From positions 372,001 through 436,000 of the forward strand of contig NW_027191455.1 in the NCBI RefSeq assembly GCF_011745625.1: a DNA stretch of 64,000 bases, read 5' to 3'. The number at the start of each line of letters is the position of its first letter. Positions within the stretch are counted from its first letter, which is position 1. The notes below the pieces were generated by a model, which was not told the origin of the DNA, searched no databases, and saw nothing but the letters and a program-made list of their open reading frames with translations. The translations under genes were made by a program, and so were the position numbers. This DNA comes from Cladosporium halotolerans (Eukaryota). Of this stretch, positions 10,860-20,918 are shown piece after piece.

Positions 10860-13070
10860 CCCGGTGAGGTGGTGCTCACTGGTAAATCTGGTGACATCAA
10901 AACAGCTATGAAGATAGGAGTCGGCCAGACGTGTCAAGCTTGCATCTACAATTCTAAACGTGTAAGCACACTATGGTTCCCAGTGAGATGGCTCCAGTTC
11001 AAGAATCTCGATAGTACCTGCAAAAGAGCTTTTACACACAGGAGATCTCTTATTAGACGCATCGAGCTCACATCAACAACTTCAGGCACACAAGGTCACT
11101 TGCGCGCCCAGTGAGAGGGTGGATGGAGTTTCGTGAATATAGCTGTTGTTGCTTCGCTTGTCTTGCGACGTTATTTGCGGCACCAGATCTACCTACTCTC
11201 TGCAGGTCTTGCCCCTCCGCCTGAAGTTCTCGAGCCCATCTGGCCTACACTGCTGCTACGTTCTGCCGCATCGTTATCTCTCCCTTTCGAAGCACCTCAG
11301 CCTGCCAGCGGCTCCAATCTCCGCCTCTATGCTTGCTGTTTGTGGAAACGAGAGTAAATTGTGGCTGATTCAAATCCAGTGAGAGTATTTCTCCGTCGCG
11401 TAGCGCTCATATAAACATCCATGTATGCTCAATCCAGCTCGTGTCCCGTGCGATGGCATCGGTGTCGCCTCGCTTTTCTCAAAGTCAAGCGCAAAGACGG
11501 TATCTCGGTCGCGTCATGGTCATATCTTCGCTCATGGACGACTAATCCAGCTTGTGCCTGGTGAGACAGAACCGTTCTCACCTCGCTCTCCTCCGCTAAG
11601 AACCCGGCCGTCTTCCTAGTCTGTAGAGTCAGGAAGAACGCCGAGAATCTGCCTGAGGAGGTACATTGCTATATAAGTCAAACGAAGGGGCAGCGTCTCT
11701 CCGTCGCGTCGTGATACTATCGGCGCCTTCAGTTGTGAAAAGTCCGTGTGTCCAGTGAGTTTCTTTCACTACTAAGTAGAGAGCCGAGATGGCATCTCTC
11801 CGTCGCGTCGTGAACAGATCTTCGCCCACAGGACTCTAAACAAGCATGTGCCCAGTGAGACCGTACCCCTTCCGCCTCTCCATTGTCACCTAGTCAAGTC
11901 AAGGGATAGTGTCCCTCCGTCGCGTCGTGGTCATATCAGCAGCTCCAGGTGCAGAACCGGCCCGGTGCCCATTGAGACGACCTTGGATTCCACGAAAAAA
12001 TCCCACGAAATCAAAACAGAAGTACTATCTCTCTATCGAGTCATGGCCATACCAGCGTCTTTAGACATGAAAACGGTCCGATATCCAGTGAGATGATGCT
12101 GGTAGTGAGGAGAATATGTCACCAAAGCAATCATCTCTCCATCGCGTTGCGATCGTATCAACGCCTCCAGACATAGAACTGTGTGGGAGTCCAGTGAGAA
12201 ATATACCACAAGGCCAAGCTCAGAGCCGGTATCTCTGTGTCGCGTTGTGGTCGTATCGGCGGCTCCCGTTACAAAAGGGACCCCAACGTCCAGTGAGGGG
12301 TCTGAGATCTCACTGCATTTCTCGCCAAGTCAAGCGCAGAGAAAGCATCTCTCCGTCGCGTCGTTGTCATATCATCGACTTTATATATACAATTGGCGCG
12401 GTACCTAGTGAGAGGGTCTTGGAATCAACGAGAAACTTTTACTAATTCAAAAGCAAAGTCGTCATCTCTCCGTCGCGTCGAGCTCGTATCGTCAACATTA
12501 AGTGCAGAAATTGCTCCGCTGCCCAGTGAGGAGACATCTGCTTCAAACGAGAAGAATCCACCAAGTCAAACACAAGGTAGCATTCTCCGTCGCGTCGTGG
12601 TCATATCATCGGCTTCAGGTGTGAAAACGCCCATATCTCCAGTGAGATGTAGTCGGTTCTGGGGAATATTCGACCAGGTTAAGCTTCCCTCCGCCGCGTT
12701 GTGCTCACACCAGCCCCTCCAGACACAGAAACCGGCCTGTGACCAGCGAGAGCACTGGACCGATCCAGGCTCAGATCTTGCATCTCTCCGTCGCGTCATG
12801 GTCACACCAACGCCTTCGGACATGTAAGTGGCCCAGTGTCCAGTGAGACGGTGCTGGTTCCGCGGAGAATACTTCACCAAGTCAAACATGAAACAGCAGC
12901 TCTCCGTCGCGCTGTGGTCATACCAACGCCTTCAGGCGTGAACACGCGCAGGTGTCCAGTGAGATCGTGCAGTTTTATTTGCGGACCTTTCGCAAAGTCG
13001 AGCCTCTCTGCGTCGCGCTGTGGTCATACCAGCCGCTTCAAGTGCAGAAACGCACTTGAGCCCGGTGAAT
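10860..13070. repeat. Degenerate tandem array 2, 97-118-bp unit, at least 13 regular copies (11690-13070) plus decayed copies to the left
   Basis: CCAGTGAGA-like motif at 11752, 11852, 11969, 12085, 12191, 12290, 12405, 12523, 12639, 12743, 12840, 12956, 13062 (also 10861, 10980, 11108, 11376, 11558). ATCTCTCCGTCGCGTCGTGGTCATA-like motif lies 55-57 bp upstream (measured from CTCTC) of each regular copy. Confidence 0.93.
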
Positions 13071-13386
13071 GAGCGCTGTCAGACAGCTATATCGAGGCAT
13101 CCGTGTTCTGAGAATCAACGGCAATCATAGCGAAGAAGCAAGAGACATGAGAGTGGACAAGCAGAGTGATGCGTGTGAAAATGCTCGATTGCGTATATAC
13201 ACCCGTCGTCGCTCGGATCAAAATCGTAAACCCTTTCATCCGCTGTCATGATGCATACTCAACAAGAGGGAAAGGAAAAAATCATGAGACGAAGCCCGCC
13301 AGTCTGGATCTGCAAGCAACGGTACATCGAAAAAGGGACATAGAAGAAAACACCAACCCCCGCCAACAAGTAAACAACTTCCCCGC

Positions 13387-14886
13387 TTACTTGAAGTTGA
13401 CACCGCCAGTCGCGCCCTTGACGCTGACGGCGCCGATCGAGCCCTTGCGGATGTTCTCGACGGCGACGACGGACAGCCTCTTCTCGTCGTAGTGGACGGT
13501 GGACATGACGCCGCCGACGGCGCCGCCCTCGACGGACGTGGCGATGACGGCCTCGCTCTTGACGCGCAGGACGTGGAAGCCGTGGCGCGCCCAGTGGAAG
13601 GCGGTGTAGGCGAGGACGACGCAGAAGCCGACGAGGGGCACGAAGTAGGAGACGCGGGTGCTGACGGCGTCGGCGATGGCGCCCTGGATCGGGGTGAAGA
13701 CGGCCGCGCCGGAGACGCCCATGACGAGGATGCCGGCGCCGCGGCGGGTGTGGCGGCCGAGGTTGGCAGTACCGAGCGTGAAGAGAGTCGGGTACATGGG
13801 CGCCATAAAGAAGAAGACTACGATGAGGACGCCGACGCCGGCGTGGCCGGAGATGGAGCAGACGACGGCGTTCATGGCGATGGCGCAGACGGCGTAGACG
13901 ACGAGGAGGAAGTTGGACTCGAAGATGGAGGAGAGGCCGGTGGCGACGAAGCGGCCGACGGTGAAGGTGATGAGGGCGTAGGAGAGCATGCGGGAGCCTT
14001 CCTCCTCGTCGAAGCCGGCGTTCTCGGTCGCGTAGTTGATGAAGAAGGCAGCGCAGGCGACCTGGGCGCCGACGTAGCAGAACTGCGCGACGAAGCCGAA
14101 GATCATGTTGTACTGCTTGTAGAGCGGGCCGGCGCCGATGACCTCGCCGTTGCGGTCGACGGCGAGCTCGACGGTGGAGTCATCAACGACGGAGCCTCTC
14201 CTCTGCACGCCGGAGTTCTCGGCGATTTCGGGGAGCTTGGCGAAGAAGAAGAGGATGGCGACGGCGGCACCGAGGCAAGCGACCGCCAGGTAGACGTACT
14301 GCACGTTGGTGAGGTTGTTCTTGTTCTCGCCGGCGAAGAAGGCCTTGGAGGCAATGAGCGGGCCGATGAAGCTGGCAATACCGTTCCAGGACTGGCAGAA
14401 CTGGAGGCGGGTGGAGGCCCAGGCGGGGTCACCAATGACGACGGCGTAGGAGTTGGCAGAGGTCTCAAGAGTGGCAAGACCGCAAGCGATGACGAGGGTG
14501 CAGGCGCAGAAACCACCGAAGGAGGCAGAGGCGTTCTCGGGGCTGCTGAACTTGGCGGCGGGCCAGAAGAAGACGGCACCGAGCGAGTAGAGAATCAGGC
14601 CCATGATGATTGTGACTTTGTAACCCTTGCGCTTGAGGACCTCAGCGGCGACGGGAGAGAAGAGGAGGTAACCGCCACCGAAGTACATGACCTGGAGACC
14701 GGTCGATTCCAATCGCGTGATGCCGAGGACATTCTGGAAGTGCTTGTTGAGGACGTCGAGGAGACCGTAGGAGAAACCCCAGAGGAAGAAGAGAGAGGTG
14801 ACGAGGGCGAGGGGGAAGATCAGCTTCCTGCCAGTGAGGAAGCCACCCTCGACGGGGGCAGTGCTGATGGGGACACCACCGGCCAT
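13387..14886 (-). CDS. MFS sugar transporter, fucose:H+ symporter (FucP / glucose-galactose permease) family
   Basis: LVTSLFFLWGFSYGLLDVLNKHFQ, GLATLETSANSY, RLQFCQSWNG, AQFCYVGAQV; about 12 hydrophobic segments. Likely start MAGGVP at 14886. Confidence 0.92.
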   Translation of the reverse strand: MAGGVPISTAPVEGGFLTGRKLIFPLALVTSLFFLWGFSYGLLDVLNKHFQNVLGITRLESTGLQVMYFGGGYLLFSPVAAEVLKRKGYKVTIIMGLILYSLGAVFFWPAAKFSSPENASASFGGFCACTLVIACGLATLETSANSYAVVIGDPAWASTRLQFCQSWNGIASFIGPLIASKAFFAGENKNNLTNVQYVYLAVACLGAAVAILFFFAKLPEIAENSGVQRRGSVVDDSTVELAVDRNGEVIGAGPLYKQYNMIFGFVAQFCYVGAQVACAAFFINYATENAGFDEEEGSRMLSYALITFTVGRFVATGLSSIFESNFLLVVYAVCAIAMNAVVCSISGHAGVGVLIVVFFFMAPMYPTLFTLGTANLGRHTRRGAGILVMGVSGAAVFTPIQGAIADAVSTRVSYFVPLVGFCVVLAYTAFHWARHGFHVLRVKSEAVIATSVEGGAVGGVMSTVHYDEKRLSVVAVENIRKGSIGAVSVKGATGGVNFK

Positions 14887-17183
14887 TGTGTTGACCGCGG
14901 AGTGGAGAGTGTTGGAGTCGGGTTGAGATCGAAGTGTCAATCAAACGATGTCGGATGAGATTGTAAGATCAACGAGGGGATCCGGGGATTGAAGTAGTGA
15001 ACGGTGTCAACGATAGACTGGCTCAGACTCGGTTAACGAACGATCGAAGGCTTGAGCTGTGAGGAGGTGATTGATGTTGATTGGTTGTGATGGATGATAG
15101 TTCGACGATACATGAGGGGTGATCAGGCTGATCTTATACTGCGACGCACGAAGGCTCGCCATAACGGTGCTTGGCCGCATTGACTGGCGTTCAGCGTTCT
15201 GGTGCGAGTGAGGTCGTCTAGCAGCATGCAGACCTAGAGCCAGCCACGCGAAGGTTTGAGGCCAGGGTAGAGAGGCTCGGGCGCTAGAGCTGGGCCGTTA
15301 GCGCTTCCATGTGAGATCGCCGAAGTGCTGCCATGTCTAATCGGCCCGTATGTATGTGAAGGTAGGGCCAAGACAAGCGCACGCTAGCGGTGCACGGACT
15401 GCGTCTGACCTACCAGACGCTCCAGCCGGCGTCCAGGCTCGTCGCGTGCCGCGCCCACTGGTTTTGCCCATGGAGAAGCCGCGTTGGCACTGACACGATG
15501 AGGCTGCCACGGCCTGCCCACGGGGAAGTCTGCAGCCAGTTGAGATTGCGTTGGCGTCTCTCAGTGGGCCGTCACACTCCACCCCATGGCCTGTTGCGGC
15601 CTGCAGGCGCACGCCGCTGGGCGACGTCAGCAATGGCGAGCGCCCATGCTCGCCGGCCCCATCGAGACGATAGTGTGGTGGGTGGGACCGCGGAGACTCC
15701 AGATGGAGAGGCCACGTCCACATCCACATCCCCATGGGCGACGAGCGGCCGGGGAGGCAGACGGCCCCTCACTGTCGCCGCTGGCGGGTGGTGTGCGGTG
15801 CCTGTCTCGTGACACCCAGTCGGTACGTCAGTACATACTGCGACAGAGGTGAAGTCGCGATTGACTCGGCCAAACAGCGTCGTGACGCCACCGCCTCGAT
15901 CTACAGCCCTACGTCTGGGCGGCGCGCTGCGAGAGGCAGTCAAGCTCACGTGCCGGCGCACCTCCTCCACGAGCCCGCCAGCCAGCCAGCCAGCCGTCTC
16001 ACTGACTGCCGGGCGGCAGCTCGAGCGAGAGGTGAGGTGAGCTCGCGGCGCACCTCACGCTGGGCGAGCGCCACCGGCCGCCATCTCGACTGCCCGCACG
16101 CCTTCTAGCGTTCTTCTCGAAGCACAGCCCCAACGCCGCGTCTAGCATTGATCGGCCCTTCTGCACCTCCAGCCTAACCCCTCCCATCCTAGCTCGCATC
16201 ATCCTCCCATCTCCATCCCGCACCCCAGTCCCCGCGCTACCCCAGCGAGCAAGAAAGGCAACTCGTCTCCACGCCACGCCATCCCACTCGCAGCCCGCGC
16301 GCCGGCAACCCTCACCACAACTGATTAGATCACCTCACTACCGCCCGGAGCCAAGCCCCGCCAACCCTCACCCCAGGCCCGTGCCCGCGCTCTTGCTCCC
16401 CAGCCCATCAAACCCGGGCCCCCCCCAAGCCCTCACGCCCGCCCACCAAGCCCAACCCGCCGAGCCTCCGCGACTCTTGGTGCGCATCACCGTGATGCTT
16501 CAGCGCCAGCAGACCAGGGCATCGCTGGCCCCAACCGCGCGCTATGGCTTGCGGCGGCCTCGAGCGGCAGCGCTCGTGCTGAGCCCAGACATCAAGGCTC
16601 GCGCGCAGTGGGGTGCAGTGCAGAGCGGGTGGTCTGGTCTCGCGCGGCGGCGCGAGTGTCTGGCGTAGAGCGCGCGCAAGCGAGCGGTGAGCCTTGGAGG
16701 GGATGGGGAGCGCGTGCTGGGTGCGCGCGCGAACCTGGATGCGGTAGGTACAGCAGCCGCGCGTGAGGGATATTGGACCGGGTCGTAAGGCTCAACCGGT
16801 TTGATGTGCTGGTGCGGCTGCGAGGGGTCGGGTTTGCTAATGTGCGTCTCGAAGGTCTGGAGAATGTGGTCACTTGGGAGCGGCTGGGGGGACCGATGTC
16901 GGTAGCCCATGCCGTGGCGAGCGTTGTCTCGATGCTGTTGTTTTGCATCCGTGCTCGTACTTTCGCGCACAGAGAACTTTAGCGGCACGATCACTGAAGG
17001 GGGCCCAAAAAAAATTGTTCTTCGAGCGCGACGCGACTTGATGTCTCTCCGCCGTCCTGTGCGCGTCTGATCTGGCACCTTCAGTCGTCATGTCAGGTTG
17101 CCATTGAGAGATGCCGCGCTTCAAGATCGAGAAACTGGCCAGATGATTTGGTATTACATTTTCAAGAATATTACAACGTCCTC

Positions 17184-18723
17184 CTACTTCCTAAACATCA
17201 TCAACCCCGCCTCCTCCTCGCCCTCACCCTCCCTCTCCGCACCACCCATCTCCTCATCCTCATCCTCCTCCAACCCCTCCCCAAGCCCCAACCTCTGCCC
17301 AAACAAGCTCCCAAACAACTCGTCCGTCTGCCTCTCGCCCCACCGGCACCGATCCTCCGGCGCCATGAAATTCTGCAGCTTCTCGTGGACGGTGTACTTC
17401 AGCTTGCGGCCCTTGCTCGCCTTGGTGTCGACGTTGCGCTTCGTCTTCGCCTCGCGCCGCATCGACGCCATGTTGCCCAGGTCGAGGTTGGCGGCCGCCG
17501 TCGAGCCCTCGGCGCTCGCGGACTTGGCTTCCAGCAGCTCCTTCAGCAGCAGGCCGTAGAAGTCCGCGTCGTCGTAGATGGCGGCGTCCTCGGACACTTT
17601 GGCGGCCAGCTGCACGGGGGCGCAGGAGCGGGGTGTGTGCGCGCGCTTGAGCAGGCGGTCGGGGGCCGTGAGGTGCTCGTTGAGCACGTCGATGATGGTC
17701 GCTTGCGGCGCGGCGTTGTTCAGCCGGCTGCCTTGGGGCTGGGCCGTGACGCCGCGGGCTTTGGCGGACCATTTTTGCAGGACGAGGTTGCGTTGCGGGA
17801 GCGCTTGGGTCTCTTGTTCTTGGGTGTAGGCCCACAGCTTGTCGATGGGGGTCTTGGGGGAGAAGGTGGGTCGCTTGCGCTTCTCGCCGGTGCGGGCGGT
17901 CGTCAGCTCGTCGCGGAAAGCGGTGAGGGAGGACCAGAGGGTGTAGGCGGCGGTTTCGGCGGCGTCGAGGGCGTCTTGGGCGTCGGAGAGCTGAGAGTCG
18001 TAGCCGTCTTTGGAGGGGGCGACGAGAGTGTTCGTCGCGATCAAGCTCTTCTGCATCTTGATCCTCGTGTTGAGCAGGGAGTCAAATGTGGTGCGTTGCC
18101 TCTTGACCGCGCGACCTTTCTCGGCATCCTGCTTGTTCGCCGCCGAGATCGACGCAGCGACAGCCTTCTGCTCAGAAGCCATGATCTTGCGCAGCTCAGC
18201 ACGATCCTGCTCCTCATCTTTCGCCTCCGCAGCATCGTTCTCCTCTCCTTCGTCGCTCATATCCGTAGCGTCCGTCCCATCATCGTTCTCCTCACCCTGG
18301 TCACCATCCTCCTCCTCGCTCTCGTCCCCAGCATCCTCAGACCCCTCCTCACTATCCTCATCATCAAACCCTCTCGCAAAAGGATCATCCTCGTCCTCAT
18401 CCTCGACCGCATCCCTAGCCACTCTCGACCCGCGATACTGCGGCCCAAGCGCGACCTCCTTCGGCTTCCGCAGCTTGCTCTTCCCCACAGGCGCATAGTG
18501 CTCGCGGGCGCTAGCATTCTTCTCGTCCCTTGCCTCACCATCAGAGGCATCGCTGTCGGAATCGGGCACATCGGCCTCAGGGTCGAAGTCTAGAACACAG
18601 CTCGTCAGATCCAATCCAAAAATCCGAGGGAAAAAAAGTGCATTGCGGGCGCGTACCCTTGGGCGCAGACTCGACGAGGTCTTCGAACTCGCTCGCGCGA
18701 TTGCGGCCTTTGTTTGGTGCCAT
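17184..18723 (-). CDS. BFR2: Bfr2/AATF 90S pre-ribosome protein
   Basis: Exon 1 MAPNKGRNRASEFEDLVESAPK, intron 18590-18656, acidic region, FDSLLNTRIKMQK, IYDDADFYGLLLKELLE, C-terminal VDTKASKGRKLKYTVHEKLQNFMAP (TRAUB domain). Confidence 0.93.
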
Positions 18724-18781
18724 TTTTCGTTCAGCGGTTTGGGGTTCAAGAGGGCGGTACCGAGTGTCGCGAAGAATTTCT

Positions 18782-18807
18782 TGAAATCTGAAATCTGAAA
18801 TCTGAAA
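18782..18807. repeat. (TGAAATC)x3 microrepeat in the BFR2/FMP52 divergent region
   Basis: tgaaatc tgaaatc tgaaatc tgaaa read directly. Confidence 0.7.
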
Positions 18808-19168
18808 GCCGACGGAAAGAAGCTCGACTTTCGGCTGCCGATCGCTCGCTCGCTCCCGCCCGCTGGCGCGGGAAGGGACGGGACGGCGTGAGCTTGAACG
18901 TCAGTCTTGACCCGCTCTCGTCATGAGGGGGATTATCATGTGAACGATCATCGATTAACGATAGCATATTGAAAGAGAGACGATTGGGAAGTGAGCTAAA
19001 CTCACGTACTCTTCATTCGTAAGTCCAGCATACGCCCTGGTGCGCGACGACTCAGAACAGTCTTGCCACCTTGTGATTCGCCGGCTTACACTTCACAGCT
19101 CGAGTTAAACCCCTAAGGATCAATATACTCCAAAACTTCAACACACGCACCTCCAACACCTCACAACC

Positions 19169-19917
19169 ATGACAACCACCGTTCTCGCCGGCTCGACCGG
19201 CCTCGTCGTACGCCCCATCCGCCCCCGCCCCAAATCCCCCAAATCATCACCTAACCCACCCAATCCCAGGGCTCCCACATCCTCAGCACCCTAACCGCCT
19301 CCCCCGCCATCACCAAAATCCACGCCTTCGCGCGCAAGTCCCTCCCGATCTCCGAAAAAATCTCCCCCCTCTCCTCCCCCGACTCCCAAAACTGGCCCAG
19401 CCTCTACCCCACCTCCCCAACCCCCAGCCTCTTCATCTCCGCCCTCGGCACCACGCGCGCCCAAGCCGGCTCCTTCGCCGCCCAGCGCGAAATCGACTAC
19501 GACCTGAATCTGGCCCTCGCGCGCCGCGCCAAAGAAGCCGGCACCAAGACGTACGTGCTCGTGTCGTCGGGCGGCGCCAACAGCGGCTCCATGATGGGCG
19601 GGTACATGAAGATGAAAGGGGAGCTGGAGGACGCGGTGCGGGACCTGGATTTCGAGCGCACGGTGATCCTGAGGCCGGGGCTGCTGGTCGGGTCGCGGGA
19701 GGATTCGAGGCCGCCGGAGGCGGCGCTGAGGAAGGTGGCGAATTTCATGGGCGCCGTGAGCGGCGGGTTGCTGAAGGATTTCTGGGCGCAGGATGCGGAG
19801 GTTGTGGCGAGGGCGGCGGTGAGCGCGGCGTTGCAGGCGCCGGAGAGGGCGGAGAAGGTGTGGGTTGTAGGGCAGGCGGATGTGGTTCGGTTGGGGAGGA
19901 CGGAGTGGAAGGATTAG
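19169..19917 (+). CDS. FMP52: Fmp52/TIP30-like NAD(P)-binding Rossmann protein
   Basis: MTTTVLAGSTGLV | intron 19208-19269 | GSHILSTL...ALGTTRAQAGSFAAQREIDYDLNLALA...YMKMKGELE...ILRPGLLVGSREDSRPPE. Confidence 0.88.
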
Positions 19918-20125
19918 TTGGGTGGAGAGGTTGGGGTGGTGAGGAAGTGCGTTGGAGGTTTTCTGCGACCAGACTGATACCTGTACGATTAATGAGATGC
20001 TTTGCTTGTACGAGACTCTTTTTGTATACCATGGGCTTCAATTTGAATTACCAATCAATACCCGACGGTTTCCACCTAACAAGCCTGGCAGACCATACTC
20101 GCTAAGCTGCCGCCTGACGCGTGGG

Positions 20126-20150
20126 AACCTAACCCCAACCCTAACCCTAA
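20126..20150. repeat. Short interstitial telomere-like tract (CCCTAA variants)
   Basis: aacctaa ccccaa ccctaa ccctaa, between the convergent FMP52 and TRA1 3' ends. Confidence 0.5.
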
Positions 20151-20918
20151 TAATCCACTCGACTCATCTAGTAACGTGCCACTCCATGAGGATGCCTTTT
20201 TCTGGGTGTTTTCAAGAGTGGTAGATTACATATCGTATTTTCATGTACATGCTGTGCTTCTCATACCGATATTCAGTCATCAGGCTGGGTTATGCATTGG
20301 AACCCGAAATGACCCGGCATGATTTGACGACTGTCAAATTTACACGAGAGCGGTTGCAGAAGTCGTCAACGCGCCCAGTTGTAGGTGAATCGAAGACATT
20401 GAGTTTTTCTTTTAGCGGTCCCGAACAACTCAATAATATTTGAATGTTTGATAAAGGAGCTCAGGCTACGGCAACACGTCAAGCTTCTCGAGCGCTTGTT
20501 CTATCCAAAATTCACGTGGACCATCCCAGATCCCTCGAAACATACGCGATTGGATCGTGAAGTCTGCATCGACGTCAAATGAACACTCCCAGGCACGAGC
20601 AGCAAACAGAGCGGACAGGGTACAGATTTACGTCTACAAGAGAATTCAATACATGTAAGAGAATCGCAAAACGCTATATACGCTACATCCTGCGAAGAAC
20701 AAATTCCTTAGAACGCCGTTGTTGAAAACAAAATGCCGAGAACCCTTCGTCGCGTGGGTGAGTCCCCTTCAAACCCGAGATGCAATCCCCGGCTGTCAAA
20801 ACCCCCCAAAAGAAGAGACGCCTCGCTAATCCTCTCAAAAATCCCATCGTGCTCACATTTACATTCCTCAAGACCCCATCACAAACCTTCAACCACTCAA
20901 ACTCCTCATCCATTGAAC

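Noticed and set aside
10860..13070. CRISPR array interpretation of the conserved-module/variable-linker repeats
   Set aside because: The host is a eukaryote with no cas genes. The repeats are degenerate and the linkers are homologous to each other (shared AAGTCAA) rather than unique spacers.
11690..13070. Array as a micro-exon gene using GTGAGA as repeated splice donors
   Set aside because: Acceptor AG position is inconsistent, branch sites are mostly absent, and the implied exons (59-62 nt) do not keep frame. Not fully excluded without RNA-seq.
11690..13070. Decayed 5S rRNA tandem (period near 117-120 bp; GATAYGACCA on the minus strand)
   Set aside because: Resemblance is limited to about 8 nt; no internal A/C box or 5S helices are recognisable.
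13492..14958. 488-aa + strand ORF and similar long antisense ORFs (8598-9878, 17148-18593, 21900-24116, 28476-30161)
   Set aside because: Shadow ORFs caused by high-GC codon bias of the real genes on the opposite strand.
14960..17150. Many short GC-rich ORFs and a possible long inverted repeat around 16550
   Set aside because: Translations are Arg/Pro/Ala-rich with no domain. The arms share only complementary composition, not alignable sequence. Treated as the permease upstream region.
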